A stretch of 64,000 nucleotides of DNA from Oscillospiraceae bacterium (GCA_963632935.1 CAVGWA010000001.1:20216-84215); one strand, 5' to 3'. Counted from the first letter of the stretch, positions 48,707-60,057 are shown. Made by a program: numbers and translations. The notes: generated by a model not told the origin, from the sequence alone.

Positions 48707-49638
48707 TCTATTCCTCCTTCTAAATTTATTATTAGCTTATCCATTAGTAAATTTAAATTAGCATTATATTTTATATTTTCTTTTTGTTCAACTATTATGT
48801 TTATTTTGTTACATAGATTTTCAATTGTATTTTTGTTTGCTATTTGCATAATGTTTTCTGTGTTTTCAAATATTTCCAATTTGCTATTTAGTTTGCAGTT
48901 TAATATATCTTTATAGTATATTGTCATTATTTCAAGTGATAGGGATGTTTCTTCTTTGGTCTTTATATAATCATTCCATAGTTTGTTTAAATAAAGTAGG
49001 GTATTTAAGCCATTTTTTTCATAGTAATTTATGAATTCGATTGTTTTTTTTATTAATTGATTTTCATCTAGTGTATTTTCCATTTTTATTATATTTTTTA
49101 TTTTTTCTGTTTCAGTGTTTGCTTTAATTATTTCTGTTTCTTTTAATTTCAATATTTGACAGCGGGATCTTATTGTTGTTAAGACATTATATATGTTATC
49201 TGCAAGTAAGATGGCAACTATATTTCCTTCAGGTTCTTCTAAAAATTTTAAAATTGAATTGGCTGAAGCTTTATTTAATCTTTCTGCATTTTTTATGATA
49301 TATATTCTTTTGGTTCCAATAAGTGATTTGGTTGAAAATTCTTTTTGAAGGTCTTGTAGTTGTTCTTTTTTTATCCATTGTCCTTCTGGAGATATTATTT
49401 TTATTTCTGGAAAGTTAGATGAGTCTATTACTTCACACTGATGACATTTATTACAATTTTCTTGGTGTAATTTTTTTTGTGGACACAAAAGTGATTTTAC
49501 AAAGGCCATTGTAAAATTAAAATAATCATAAAAACCGCCTGTTTCTATTAAATAGGCGTGTGAATACTTTTCATTTTTTATAGCATTTTTTAGTATTTTA
49601 TATACAATTGGTTGTTGGTTTTTATAGTCATCTAACAT
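48703..49638 (-). CDS. holB: DNA polymerase III delta-prime subunit.
   Basis: HAYL, Zn-module C..C..C..C, and SRCQ motifs. Overlaps the yaaT start. Confidence 0.8.
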   Translation of the reverse strand: MLDDYKNQQPIVYKILKNAIKNEKYSHAYLIETGGFYDYFNFTMAFVKSLLCPQKKLHQENCNKCHQCEVIDSSNFPEIKIISPEGQWIKKEQLQDLQKEFSTKSLIGTKRIYIIKNAERLNKASANSILKFLEEPEGNIVAILLADNIYNVLTTIRSRCQILKLKETEIIKANTETEKIKNIIKMENTLDENQLIKKTIEFINYYEKNGLNTLLYLNKLWNDYIKTKEETSLSLEIMTIYYKDILNCKLNSKLEIFENTENIMQIANKNTIENLCNKINIIVEQKENIKYNANLNLLMDKLIINLEGGIE

Positions 49639-49649
49639 ACTGCTGCCTC

Positions 49650-49856
49650 CTAGTAGATTACTAATCTTATTATTATTAAAAATATTATTGCAGGTATACT
49701 AAAGATGGTTATTAATGATATTGTTATAATATTTATTGGTATTATTGCCGTTGCGGGTGCAATAACATTATAACCATATAGCATAAAAAAACTCATTATT
49801 AATTTTTTTATGATTTTTAATAATTTATTGAATATTTTTATCATGAAGCACCTCAA
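49650..49856 (-). CDS. bofA: BofA-like small membrane protein (pro-sigma-K processing inhibitor candidate).
   Basis: Two TM helices with IPIN.IT.....IP.I..L motif resembling BofA. Conserved location next to recR. Confidence 0.4.
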   Translation of the reverse strand: MRCFMIKIFNKLLKIIKKLIMSFFMLYGYNVIAPATAIIPINIITISLITIFSIPAIIFLIIIRLVIY

Positions 49857-49881
49857 TAAATTATATAGTTTTTTTCGGTTT

Positions 49882-50481
49882 TTATGAAATTATAGTTCTA
49901 TCTTCAATAGCCATTTCGAGTGTTAGGGGATCGATGTAGTCAATATCTGCTCCCATTGGTATTCCGTGGGCAATTTTTGATATTTTTATTTTTTCATTTT
50001 CTAGCATTTTTTTGATATAAAGTGAGGTTGTTTCTCCTTCAATACTTGGTTTAAAGGCTAATATAACTTCATTTATATTTTCTTTTTTTATTCTATTTAT
50101 TAGTTTGTCCATGCATATGTCTTCAGGATTAATTCCTTCTAAAGGTGATATTAGTCCTCCTAAGACATGGTATAGTCCTTTATATGTGCCTATTTTTTCA
50201 AATAATACTACATTTTTGCATTCTTCTACAACACATAATGTTTTATTATCTCTTGAAGTGTCTTGGCATATTTGACATGTTTCATCTTCAGTTAGACTAC
50301 CACAACGTTTGCAATATTTTATTTTTGTTTTTCCATCTTGAAGTGATTTTGAAAACATATTTATTATTTCTTCATCCATACTTAATGAGGCAAGAGCAAG
50401 ACGTTCAGCTGTTTTTTCGCCTATTCCTGGATATTTTTTAAAGCATTCTATTAAGTTTAATATTGTTTTTGGATAGTTCAT
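49882..50481 (-). CDS. recR: recombination protein RecR.
   Basis: HhH, C4 zinc finger (CKRCG...CQIC), Toprim. 199 aa. Confidence 0.9.
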   Translation of the reverse strand: MNYPKTILNLIECFKKYPGIGEKTAERLALASLSMDEEIINMFSKSLQDGKTKIKYCKRCGSLTEDETCQICQDTSRDNKTLCVVEECKNVVLFEKIGTYKGLYHVLGGLISPLEGINPEDICMDKLINRIKKENINEVILAFKPSIEGETTSLYIKKMLENEKIKISKIAHGIPMGADIDYIDPLTLEMAIEDRTIIS

Positions 50482-50777
50482 TAGAAAAGACCTGGCATTC
50501 CTTTTGTGTATTTACCCATTTTTTGTTCTGTTTCGCTATCAATTTGTTTATTAACATCATTTACTGCAACTAAAATCATGTCCTGTAACATTTCAATGTC
50601 GTCTTTTTCTAGTTTATCTATATCTATTTTTACTTCTATTAATTCTTTTGTTCCTTTGGCTTTTACCGTAACAAATGATGATTTTCCTTCGAAAGTTTTT
50701 TCATCAATAGATTTTTTTTCTTTTAACATATCATTTTGTAATTTTTGTGCTTGTTTCATCATTGCTTGTATATTCAT
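50481..50777 (-). CDS. ybaB: nucleoid-associated protein YbaB/EbfC.
   Basis: 98 aa with typical KQAQ..Q and C-terminal GMPGLF. Confidence 0.85.
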   Translation of the reverse strand: MNIQAMMKQAQKLQNDMLKEKKSIDEKTFEGKSSFVTVKAKGTKELIEVKIDIDKLEKDDIEMLQDMILVAVNDVNKQIDSETEQKMGKYTKGMPGLF

Positions 50778-50795
50778 ATTTTTTCCTTCTTTCTT

Positions 50796-52547
50796 TTAAT
50801 TATATTCTATTATATCTTCAAAGATTTTATTTATTTTTTCGTTTGAATTTAATTCTTTAAAAATGTCATCAAGTTTAAAATTTTCTTCTTGATAATCGAA
50901 TTTACGTAATTTATTGTTAAATTCTTTTTTTATTATTTCCCATTCATCTACATCGGTTGCTATTAAATTATATTTTTTATTTAAGATTTTTTCAATAGTT
51001 TGTTCAATAATTATTAAATTTTCGTTAAATAATTCTGATAATCTTTTTGTTTTATAGACGAATATTAAATTAGTATCACTGGCTGCTTTTAATGTACCGT
51101 CTAATATGATAGAGGCGGTGTGACTATATTCAGGATTTAAAAGCATATCATTTAATTTTTCAAGTTTTATAATTATAGTTTTTAGATTAGTTTTGTTAAA
51201 TCTTGCTAGTGTATTATCTATTCTTATTTTTTTTATTTCATTTAGCCTTTTATGTAATTTGATTTTTGTGTCATTTGATGGAGCTATTTTTTTTTCATCT
51301 TCTTTATTATCTACTGTTTTTTCTTGAATCGGTTTATTTTGTTGTTCTTTTATGTTTGATTTTTTTGTGTTTTCCACATTTTTTATTTCTTTTTCCTCAC
51401 TTTTGCGGGGGTTTTTTATGTTTTGTTCTAAATTAACTATTTTTTCTGGTGTTTGCTCATTTTTTTGAACACTATTTCTGTTATTTTCTGATATTATTTT
51501 GATTATTGCTAGTTCAAATAGTAATTTGCTATTACTACTGTTTTTCATTTCAAATGAATATTTATTTAAAACTTCTATGTATGAAAATATCTGATTTATA
51601 TTTACTGATTTACTGATTTTTTCATAATTTTCGAGGTTTTGAACTCTTGTTTTAAAATAATTTGGTGCTTCTTTATATAATAATGTATTTCTCATAAAAT
51701 TAATTAATTCTTCTGTTAATTTTATAAAATTTTTACCTTTATCATTATATTCATCTATTTTTTCTAATATTATATTTAATTTGCTATCTAAAATATTTGA
51801 GGTTAATTCCATTAAGTTGGTTTCGGTTAATGTGCCATTGATATCATGAATATCTTTTGTTGTTATTTTTCCTTCAGTATATGATCTTGCTTGATCTAGC
51901 ATACCTACGGAATCTCTCATTCCACCATCTGCTAGATTGGCTATTTCTGTTAATGCTTCTTCATCAATATCAATTTTTTCGCTTTTGGCTATTTTTTTTA
52001 AATTTTTGATTATTGCTTCATTGCTGATTTTTTTAAAGTCTAATCTTTGACATCTTGATAGTATTGTTTCTATGACTTTATGGGGATCTGTTGTTGCTAA
52101 TATGAATATAACGTGTGCTGGTGGTTCTTCTAATGTTTTAAGTAGAGCATTAAAGGCACCTTGGGTTAGCATATGAACTTCGTCGATTATATATATTTTG
52201 TATTTTCCATATGCTGGTAATAGGTTTACTTTGTTTCTTAATTCTCTTATTTCGTCTACACCGTTATTACTTGCGGCATCTATTTCTATTATGTCGCTAT
52301 TATTTGGTTGAGTACAGCTTATGCATTTTCCACATGAATGATAATTTGTTGGATTTTCACAATTTATTATGTTAGCAAATATTTTTGCTACGCTTGTTTT
52401 ACCAGTGCCTCTAGGTCCTGCAAAGAGATATGCATGATTTATTTGGTTATTTCGAATGGAATTTTTTATTATTTTTACTATTATATCTTGTCCCATTACA
52501 TCGTCTAAGGTTTTTGGCCTATATTTTCTATATAGTGCTTGGTACAT
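50796..52547 (-). CDS. dnaX: DNA polymerase III subunits gamma/tau.
   Basis: RPKTLDDVMGQ, GPRGTGKTS Walker A, Zn module C..C..C..C, SRCQ. Confidence 0.9.
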   Translation of the reverse strand: MYQALYRKYRPKTLDDVMGQDIIVKIIKNSIRNNQINHAYLFAGPRGTGKTSVAKIFANIINCENPTNYHSCGKCISCTQPNNSDIIEIDAASNNGVDEIRELRNKVNLLPAYGKYKIYIIDEVHMLTQGAFNALLKTLEEPPAHVIFILATTDPHKVIETILSRCQRLDFKKISNEAIIKNLKKIAKSEKIDIDEEALTEIANLADGGMRDSVGMLDQARSYTEGKITTKDIHDINGTLTETNLMELTSNILDSKLNIILEKIDEYNDKGKNFIKLTEELINFMRNTLLYKEAPNYFKTRVQNLENYEKISKSVNINQIFSYIEVLNKYSFEMKNSSNSKLLFELAIIKIISENNRNSVQKNEQTPEKIVNLEQNIKNPRKSEEKEIKNVENTKKSNIKEQQNKPIQEKTVDNKEDEKKIAPSNDTKIKLHKRLNEIKKIRIDNTLARFNKTNLKTIIIKLEKLNDMLLNPEYSHTASIILDGTLKAASDTNLIFVYKTKRLSELFNENLIIIEQTIEKILNKKYNLIATDVDEWEIIKKEFNNKLRKFDYQEENFKLDDIFKELNSNEKINKIFEDIIEYN

Positions 52548-52609
52548 TTTTTCACCTCACTTTACATTAATTATATCATAGTTTTCCACAAAAAAAGTAG
52601 GTTATGTTG

Positions 52610-53035
52610 TTATTTTTGACTTGTTTTTTTACTGGCTCTTTTGTTTTTGAAAAATTGTTTTAATAGTTTGGCGGAGTTTTCCACATTTTCTATTTGTATA
52701 AGAGTAGGGAGGGGCATTTTTGATTTTTTTTGCTGGGGTGCATTATAAAATATTTGTTTTATTCTGGCTTGTTTTATTGCTTCAAGGCACATCTGGCATG
52801 GTTCAAGTGTTACATATAATGTGCAATTATCTAAATGCCACGTGTTTTTCTTTTTGCATGCTTTTTTTATTGCATTTATTTCTGCGTGTGCTGTTATATC
52901 TTTTGTTTTTTCACGGGTATTATGTCCTTTTGCAATTATTTTGTCATTTTCTACTATTATGGCACCTATTGGAACATCATCGCTTTTTAAACTTTTTTTT
53001 GCTTCTTTTAATGCTATCTCTATATATTTTTTCAT
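52610..53035 (-). CDS. tadA: tRNA-specific adenosine deaminase. Start likely at MKKYIEIAL; the track ORF to 53065 would overlap the SRP RNA.
   Basis: HAEINAI and PCQMC zinc-binding deaminase motifs. Confidence 0.85.
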   Translation of the reverse strand: MKKYIEIALKEAKKSLKSDDVPIGAIIVENDKIIAKGHNTREKTKDITAHAEINAIKKACKKKNTWHLDNCTLYVTLEPCQMCLEAIKQARIKQIFYNAPQQKKSKMPLPTLIQIENVENSAKLLKQFFKNKRASKKTSQK

Positions 53036-53050
53036 ATCTTCTCCTAAATA

Positions 53051-53132
53051 AAAAGGTACACACAATTAGTGGGCCTTAAGGCTGCTATCTTCCGATTCTG
53101 ACCTGATTCAACCATAATTGTTGTACCTCTTT
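53051..53132 (-). ncRNA. ffs: small-type signal recognition particle RNA (4.5S-like, ~80 nt).
   Basis: Minus-strand sequence AAUCAGGUCAGAAUCGGAAGAUAGCAGCC matches the conserved SRP domain IV (CAGGUCAGGUCCGGAAGGAAGCAGCC). It is closed by a GGUACAACAAUUAUGG/CCACUAAUUGUGUGUACC stem and a U-tract. Conserved location between tadA and upstream genes. Confidence 0.7.
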
Positions 53133-53209
53133 AATAATATAACATTTTTTTCAAAAAATCAACAAATAGTCAACATGTTAATAAGTAGTTTTCCACAGTA
53201 TTTCTTTTT

Positions 53210-53225
53210 TGTTTCACGTGAAACG
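53210..53225. promoter_or_regulatory. parS site 1, TGTTTCACGTGAAACg (15/16 to consensus).
   Basis: Match to ParB/Spo0J binding consensus TGTTNCACGTGAAACA. Confidence 0.75.
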
Positions 53226-53428
53226 TTAGTGTTGTAAACTCCTTTTGTTACTTGTTAATAATGTTGTAAATTATTTTATTTAAACATAATTATCATACTT
53301 TTACATTTTTTCGGTTTGTAATAGTCATTTAAATATGTATATCAATATTTTTTTATTAAAATTAAACATTTCTTGTTAAGAAAATTTATCTTAGTTGATA
53401 TGCATTATCAAGCTTGATGTTTAAACAA

Positions 53429-53444
53429 TGTTTCACGTGAAACA
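53429..53444. promoter_or_regulatory. parS site 2, TGTTTCACGTGAAACA (16/16, within a 20-bp perfect palindrome).
   Basis: Perfect consensus parS. Confidence 0.85.
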
Positions 53445-53705
53445 TTAGTACTGTGGATTATTAATTAATATTTAATATGTTTAATCTTTATTACATTTTC
53501 TGCAAAATCCATATAATTTAGCTATTTTTTATGTAAATTGGTACTAGAATAAGGAAAAATATAATTTTTCTTTTATTTTATTATATTGTTAAAATATTGG
53601 ATTGAATATCTAGTGTAACCTAAGTGTTTTATTCACAATTAAAAATAGATAGAAAATTATTTGTCTTTTTTATATAAATAAAAAACAATTTTATTTTTGA
53701 ATTAA

Positions 53706-53721
53706 TGTTTCACGTGAAACA
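53706..53721. promoter_or_regulatory. parS site 3 (16/16, within a 24-bp perfect palindrome).
   Basis: Perfect consensus parS. Confidence 0.85.
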
Positions 53722-53829
53722 TTAATGCTGTGGATTATTTTTACTATTTAATAGTACTACTGATGGTAGAATAGGAAAATATATTTTTTATGTTTTATAA
53801 TAATAAAATTCACTTGATTTTAACACTAA

Positions 53830-53845
53830 TGTTTCACGTGAAACG
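53830..53845. promoter_or_regulatory. parS site 4 (15/16).
   Basis: Match to parS consensus. Confidence 0.75.
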
Positions 53846-54058
53846 TTAGTGTTGTGAATTCCTTTTGTTACTTGTTAATAATTTTGTAAATTATTTTATT
53901 TAAACATAATAATCATACTTTTACATTTTTTCAGTTTGTAATAGTTATTTAAATATGTATATCAATATTTTTTTATTAAAATCAGACAATTCTTGTTAAG
54001 AAAATTTATCTTAGGTGATATGCGTTATCAAGTTTGATGTTTAAACAATGTTTCACGT

Positions 54059-54074
54059 GAAACATTAGTGCTGT
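54059..54074. promoter_or_regulatory. parS site 5 (16/16).
   Basis: Perfect consensus parS. Confidence 0.85.
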
Positions 54075-54294
54075 GGATTATTAATTAATATTTAATATGT
54101 TTAATCTTTATTATATTTTCTGTAAAATCCATATAGTTTAGCTATTTTTTATGTAAATTGGTACTAGAATAAGGAAAAATATAATTTTTCTTTTATTTTA
54201 TTATATTGTAAAATATTTGGTTGAATATCTAGTATAACCTAAGTGTTTTATTCACAATTAAAAATAGATAGAAAATTATTTATTTTTGAATCAA

Positions 54295-54310
54295 TGTTTC
54301 ACGTGAAACA
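54295..54310. promoter_or_regulatory. parS site 6 (16/16).
   Basis: Perfect consensus parS. Confidence 0.85.
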
Positions 54311-54376
54311 TTAATGCTGTGGATTATTTTTTTGTTTTTAATATAAAAAAGAACGAATATAATATTCGCTCTGCTA

Positions 54377-54392
54377 TGTTTCACGTGAAACA
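54377..54392. promoter_or_regulatory. parS site 7 (16/16), 2 bp beyond the gyrA stop codon.
   Basis: Perfect consensus parS. Confidence 0.85.
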
Positions 54393-54394
54393 TA

Positions 54395-56866
54395 TTAATT
54401 TGTTGATTTAGTTGATTCTTCTTTGATGTCCTCAGTTGGTAATTCTTCTGTATCTTTTTCTAGTAGGGCTATGCTACTCACTTTTTGATTATCCTTTAGA
54501 TTAATTAATCTGACTCCTTGTGCAACTCTTCCGGTTGTTGAAATTTGTTCAATTGGTAATCTAATAATTATTCCACTATCAGTTATAATCATTAAATCTT
54601 CATCCCCATTTACTAGTTTAAATGATACAATATTTCCGTTTTTATCCGTTATATTAAGAGCTTTTACGCCTTTGCTACCTCTATGAGTCATTCGATATTC
54701 ATCAGTATTTGTGCGTTTTCCATAGCCTTTTTCTGTTACAACTAATATTTGTTGATTTGATTGAGCTATTTCACAGCCAACACAGTTTCCATCTCCAAGT
54801 TCAATTCCTTTAACTCCTGAGGCAGTTCTTCCCATGATTCTGATTTCATTTTCATTAAATCTAATCATTCTACCATTTGAAGAAGCTATTATTATTTCAT
54901 TTTCTCCAGTTGTTTTCTTTGCTGATATTAACTCATCTCCGTCTTTTAAATTTATGGCTATTTTACCATTTGATCTTATATTTTCAAATTCACTTAAAGC
55001 GGTTCTTTTTATTAATCCTTTTTGTGTACAAAATACAATATTCTTACATTCTTCTTCATTGCTTACTTTAAGCATTGTTTTTACTATTTCGTCTTTTTCT
55101 AATGGTAATAAGTTAACAATTGGCAAACCTTTTGATTGTCTACTATATTGTGGTATTTCATATCCCTTAACTCTATATACTTTTCCTTTGTTTGTAAAGA
55201 ACATTAAATAATCATGCGTTGTCATTGATAATAATTTTTCCACATAATCATTTTCGTTTGTTGTCATTCCTTTAATTCCAACACCACCACGATTTTGGGT
55301 TTTGTATGTATCTGATGTCATACGCTTAATATAACCTTTATTTGTTAATGTTATAACGATGTTTTCCACAGGTATTAGTGATTCATCTTCTATATAGTCA
55401 ATTGCTGTCATATCAATGTTTGTGCGTCTTTCATCACCATATTTATTTTTGATTTCTAGCATTTCATTTTTAATAATTTCTAATATTTTTTCTTCGGAAG
55501 CTAATATTTCTTTATACATTTTTATTTTTTCTAGCAATTCATTTAATTCTGCTTCTATTTTATCTCTTTCTAAACCTGTTAAACGTCTTAATTTTAATTC
55601 AAGAATGGCTTCTGCTTGAACAAGTGTTAGACTATATTTTGCTGTTAATTTTTCTTTCGCTTCTACATCTGTTTTAGCTTCTTTGATAATTTTGATAAAA
55701 TCATCAATATTATCAAGTGCTATTTTATAACCTTCTAATATGTGAACTCTTTTTTCAGCTTTGTCTAAATCAAATTGTGTTCTTCTTGTAATTACTTCTT
55801 TTTGATGATCAATATATTTTGAAATAATATCTTTTAGTCCTAATGTTCTTGGTGTTTTATTATCTATCATAAGTAGGATAATACTATATGTTGTTTGAAA
55901 TTGTGTATGTTTATATAAATTATTTAAAACAACTTGTGGATTAGCATCTTTTTTCAAAGTAATTGTTATTTTTATACCATTTTTTAGGTCCGTGTGGTAA
56001 TCTGATATACCATCTATTACTTTTGTATGAACAAGTTCTGCAACTTTATTTTTAAGTTCTGATGTGTTTACTCCATATGGTACTTCATCGATTATGATAT
56101 AATGTCTTCCATTTTTTTCTTCGATTGTCGCTTTACTTCTTATTGTTATTGTTCCACGGCCTGTTTCATAGGCTTTTTTTATACCACTATTTCCTAGAAT
56201 TGTTCCACCTGTTGGAAAATCTGGACCTTTTATATACTGCATTAGACCAAGTGTATCAATTTCTGGATTATCTATGTATGCTACACAGCCATCTATTACT
56301 TCACTTAGGTTATGTGGTGGAATATTTGTCGCCATTCCAACTGCAATACCCATTGTTCCATTTACTAATATATTTGGAAAGCGAGAAGGTAGAATTGATG
56401 GTTCTTTTTCTGATTCGTCAAAGTTTGGTTCAAAATCCACAGTATTTTTTTTAATATCTCTTAGTAATTCTAATGATATTTTTGAAAGTCTTGATTCTGT
56501 GTAACGCATTGCTGCCGCACTAGATCCTGCAATATTACCAAAGTTTCCATGTCCATCTACAAGCATGTATCTATAACTAAAGTCTTGAGCCATACGAACC
56601 ATTGCTTCATAAATACTAGAATCTCCATGTGGATGGTATTTACCCATAACATCTCCGACTATACGAGCACTTTTTTTATGTGGTTTATCTGGTGTATATC
56701 CAGATTCATACATTGAATATAATATACGACGATGAACTGGTTTTAAACCATCTCTTAGGTCGGGTAGGGCTCTTGATTTGATAACACTCATGGAATATTC
56801 TATGAATGAGCTTTCTATTTCACTAACGATGTTATTTTCTAATAATCTATCTCTTGTGTGATCCAT
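54395..56866 (-). CDS. gyrA: DNA gyrase subunit A.
   Basis: Active-site region AAMRYTE, QRD region (YHPHGDSS), C-terminal beta-pinwheel repeats. 823 aa. Confidence 0.95.
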   Translation of the reverse strand: MDHTRDRLLENNIVSEIESSFIEYSMSVIKSRALPDLRDGLKPVHRRILYSMYESGYTPDKPHKKSARIVGDVMGKYHPHGDSSIYEAMVRMAQDFSYRYMLVDGHGNFGNIAGSSAAAMRYTESRLSKISLELLRDIKKNTVDFEPNFDESEKEPSILPSRFPNILVNGTMGIAVGMATNIPPHNLSEVIDGCVAYIDNPEIDTLGLMQYIKGPDFPTGGTILGNSGIKKAYETGRGTITIRSKATIEEKNGRHYIIIDEVPYGVNTSELKNKVAELVHTKVIDGISDYHTDLKNGIKITITLKKDANPQVVLNNLYKHTQFQTTYSIILLMIDNKTPRTLGLKDIISKYIDHQKEVITRRTQFDLDKAEKRVHILEGYKIALDNIDDFIKIIKEAKTDVEAKEKLTAKYSLTLVQAEAILELKLRRLTGLERDKIEAELNELLEKIKMYKEILASEEKILEIIKNEMLEIKNKYGDERRTNIDMTAIDYIEDESLIPVENIVITLTNKGYIKRMTSDTYKTQNRGGVGIKGMTTNENDYVEKLLSMTTHDYLMFFTNKGKVYRVKGYEIPQYSRQSKGLPIVNLLPLEKDEIVKTMLKVSNEEECKNIVFCTQKGLIKRTALSEFENIRSNGKIAINLKDGDELISAKKTTGENEIIIASSNGRMIRFNENEIRIMGRTASGVKGIELGDGNCVGCEIAQSNQQILVVTEKGYGKRTNTDEYRMTHRGSKGVKALNITDKNGNIVSFKLVNGDEDLMIITDSGIIIRLPIEQISTTGRVAQGVRLINLKDNQKVSSIALLEKDTEELPTEDIKEESTKSTN

Positions 56867-56876
56867 AAGTTACCTC

Positions 56877-58802
56877 CTATACATCTAAATTTTCCGCATA
56901 TTGTGCGTTTTCTTCTATAAATTTTCTTCTTGGTTCTACTTCTTCACCCATGAGTTTTGAAAAAGCTTCATCGGCTGCCATAGCATCTTCTACTGTTATT
57001 TTTCTTAAGGTTCTATGGTTTATATCCATTGTTGTTTCATTTAATTCTTCTGGGTCCATTTCACCTAAACCTTTCATACGCATGATATCATATTTTGTAT
57101 TAGGATTTAGTGAAGCTATATATTTGTCTCTTTCTTCTTCATTTAAAACATATTTTATTGTTTGACCATGTTTTATACAGAATAGGGGAGGCTGAGCAGC
57201 ATAAATGTGACCGGCTTCTACTATTGGTTTAAAGAAACGATAAAATAGTGTTAGTAATAATACTCTTATGTGTGAGCCATCAACATCGGCATCAGTCATT
57301 ATTATAATTTTATTATACCTTAATTTAGACAAATTAAATTCTTGCCCAATTCCTGTTCCAAAAGCTGTTATGATTGTTCTTATCTCTTCATTTGATAAAG
57401 CTCTATCTATTCTTGCTTTTTCCACATTTAAAATTTTACCTCTTAGTGGAAGAATTGCTTGTGTCATTGAATCTCTACCTTTAACGGCTGATCCTCCGGC
57501 ACTATCTCCCTCGACTATAAATATCTCACATTTTGATGGATCTTTATCTTTGCAATCTTCAAGTTTTCCACCGAAATTAACTACATCAAGGTCACTTTTT
57601 CGTCTAGTAAGTTCTCTTACTCTTTTGGCTGCGATACGTGCTCTTGCAGCTGTCATATTTTTATCAATTATTACTTTAGCTTCGTCTGGGTGCTCAAGAA
57701 GATATCTTTCAAAACCTTCTGAAAATACTTTGTCTGCTAATTTTCTTACTTCTGAGTTACCTAATCTACCTTTTGTTTGTCCTTCAAATTGTGGGTTAGG
57801 ATGTTTGCACGAGACTATCATTGTAAGTCCCTCTTTTACATCTTCACCACTTAGGGAAGAATCCTTTTCTTTTAAGATGTTATTTTTTCTAGCGTAATTA
57901 TTGATAACTCTTGTTAAGGCTCTTCTAACTCCTTCTTCATGTGTTCCTCCATCATGGGTATTTATGTTGTTAACAAACGAATAAATACTTTCTGAATAAT
58001 CTGTACAATATTGCATTGCTACTTCAAAAAATACACCTTCATCTTCGCCGTCTAGGTGAATTATGTCGCTTTGAATAGGTGTTTTATGTTTATTTAAATA
58101 TTTAACATATTCACTTATTCCACCTTCATAGTAAAATACATCTTGAAGTTTGTTATCTTCATCTCTTGTGTCTGTTAAAGTTATTTTTAAGCCTCTATTT
58201 AAGAATGCTAATTCTCTTGTTCTGGTTTTTAGGGTATCATAATCAAATATGTCTGTATCAAATATTTCTGCATCTGGTTTAAATGTTACCGTTGTACCAG
58301 TTTTTTCGATATTGCAATCGCCAATTTCAGTTAGTTTTTGTTTTATTTTGCCACCGTTTTCAAATTTGGCTTCATATATTTTACCATTTTTATATACAGT
58401 AACATCAACCCAAGATGATAGGGCATTTACAACTGAAGCTCCAACTCCATGAAGTCCACCTGATACCTTATATCCACCACCACCGAATTTTCCACCCGCG
58501 TGGAGAACTGTATATACTGTTTCTACTGTGGAAAGTCCTGTTTTTGGATGAATTCCTGTTGGAATACCACGTCCGTTATCTTGTACGGTGATGGAATTTC
58601 CTTTATTTATTGTAATTTCAATATGATTACAATATCCAGCTAAAGCTTCATCTATACTGTTATCTACTATTTCCCATACTAAATGGTGTAGGCCTTTGAC
58701 ATCTGTTGTTCCAATATACATTCCTGGTCTTTTTCTTACCGCTTCTAGACCTTCTAGAACTTGAATGTCGGATTCGTTGTAGTGCTGATTATTTTCGTTC
58801 AT
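56877..58802 (-). CDS. gyrB: DNA gyrase subunit B.
   Basis: GHKL ATPase motifs ([16 protein letters not shown]), Toprim [17 protein letters not shown]. 641 aa. Confidence 0.95.
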   Translation of the reverse strand: MNENNQHYNESDIQVLEGLEAVRKRPGMYIGTTDVKGLHHLVWEIVDNSIDEALAGYCNHIEITINKGNSITVQDNGRGIPTGIHPKTGLSTVETVYTVLHAGGKFGGGGYKVSGGLHGVGASVVNALSSWVDVTVYKNGKIYEAKFENGGKIKQKLTEIGDCNIEKTGTTVTFKPDAEIFDTDIFDYDTLKTRTRELAFLNRGLKITLTDTRDEDNKLQDVFYYEGGISEYVKYLNKHKTPIQSDIIHLDGEDEGVFFEVAMQYCTDYSESIYSFVNNINTHDGGTHEEGVRRALTRVINNYARKNNILKEKDSSLSGEDVKEGLTMIVSCKHPNPQFEGQTKGRLGNSEVRKLADKVFSEGFERYLLEHPDEAKVIIDKNMTAARARIAAKRVRELTRRKSDLDVVNFGGKLEDCKDKDPSKCEIFIVEGDSAGGSAVKGRDSMTQAILPLRGKILNVEKARIDRALSNEEIRTIITAFGTGIGQEFNLSKLRYNKIIIMTDADVDGSHIRVLLLTLFYRFFKPIVEAGHIYAAQPPLFCIKHGQTIKYVLNEEERDKYIASLNPNTKYDIMRMKGLGEMDPEELNETTMDINHRTLRKITVEDAMAADEAFSKLMGEEVEPRRKFIEENAQYAENLDV

Positions 58803-59914
58803 TTTTCCACCTCTTTTATTATTTTTCCATCTTTTATATGGATTAATTTAGCTTTGGATAGGAGTTTTTTATCTATGCTATCTAAATTTGTTGTTGTTAT
58901 TATTACTTGCATGCCACTATCTATGTAGTTTAATAAATTATTTTTTTTATTATTATCTAAATCACTAAATACATCATCAAGTAATATAATAGGACTTGTT
59001 TGTTTATAATCTTTGAATATTTCTATTTCAGATAGTTTTAAGGCTATTACTGCCATTTTTTGCTGTCCCTGAGAGCCGAATTCTTTTACTGAATTGTCTT
59101 CTATGTTGAAGATAAAATCGTCTCTGTGAGGACCATATAATGTTTTTTTTAGCTTCACTTCTTTTTCGTGATTATTTTTATATGCTTGATATAATGTGCT
59201 TTTTATTTCTTCTTTTTCAAATGTTTTTAAATCTATTGATGGGTAATATTGGATGTTAAAATTTTTTATTTTGGCTATGTTTTCATATATTGAAGGACAT
59301 ATTTTATTTAACTTTTCCACATACTTTTTTCGCATTTGATAAATAAAAACACTTTTGTTGATTAAATAATCTGTTAGAATATCAAAATAATTTAAATCAA
59401 TTTTTAAGCCCATGTTTAAATCTTTTAATAATTCATTTCTTGTTTTGAGAAGCTTATTGAAGTCGCTTAATGTTTGGTAATAGTTTGCTGAAATTTGTGA
59501 TAATTCTAGGTTAAAATATTTTCTTCTATCACCTGGAGAACCTTTTATCAAATCTAAATCTTCTGATGAAAAGATAATAATATTCATTTTTTCAATGTAA
59601 TCTGATATTTTTGTTATCACATTATTATCTATTTTTACTGTTTTTTTTGTTTTAGATAAATCTATTTCTAAATTGTATGGTATTTCTTTTTGTAAAGTTC
59701 CTTTTATTATAGCTTTATCTTTTCCTGATTTAATAAGGTTATCGGATGTATATGAACGGTGAGAAGAAGTAAGTCCTAGAATGTATATACTTTCAAGTAA
59801 ATTTGTTTTACCTTGACCATTTTCTCCATAGATGATGTTTATTTTGTCATCTAAATTAATTTTGAGGGATTCGTAATTTCGAAAACTATGCATTTCTATA
59901 TTTTTGATGATCAT
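58799..59914 (-). CDS. recF: DNA replication and repair protein RecF.
   Basis: Walker [16 protein letters not shown]-like signature region. Position between gyrB and dnaN. Confidence 0.9.
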   Translation of the reverse strand: MIIKNIEMHSFRNYESLKINLDDKINIIYGENGQGKTNLLESIYILGLTSSHRSYTSDNLIKSGKDKAIIKGTLQKEIPYNLEIDLSKTKKTVKIDNNVITKISDYIEKMNIIIFSSEDLDLIKGSPGDRRKYFNLELSQISANYYQTLSDFNKLLKTRNELLKDLNMGLKIDLNYFDILTDYLINKSVFIYQMRKKYVEKLNKICPSIYENIAKIKNFNIQYYPSIDLKTFEKEEIKSTLYQAYKNNHEKEVKLKKTLYGPHRDDFIFNIEDNSVKEFGSQGQQKMAVIALKLSEIEIFKDYKQTSPIILLDDVFSDLDNNKKNNLLNYIDSGMQVIITTTNLDSIDKKLLSKAKLIHIKDGKIIKEVEK

Positions 59915-60057
59915 AATTTACCTCATTTCGATTTTTAAGCTCTTCATTTTTGATTTATAGCATTTGGCATACTCCTATACCTCATATCCATTATACCATA
60001 AAATAAGGTTAAAAACGCAAAAATAAGCTAATTTTAGCTTATTTAATAAGTATTTTT

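Larger units (their letters stand above)
53210..53721. repeat. tandem duplication copy A (512 bp) carrying three parS sites.
   Basis: About 95% identical, by eye, to 53830-54310. Copy A carries an extra ~30 bp near its end. Confidence 0.8.
53830..54310. repeat. tandem duplication copy B (481 bp) carrying three parS sites.
   Basis: Direct repeat of 53210-53721. Confidence 0.8.

Noticed and set aside
53140-54395. Repeat-rich non-coding region considered as a CRISPR array, an rRNA/tRNA locus, or a generic terminator cluster.
   Set aside because: Repeat units are about 0.5 kb direct duplications, not 25-40-bp repeats with unique spacers. No rRNA/tRNA-like conserved stretches. The recurring palindrome matches the parS consensus exactly, which explains it better.
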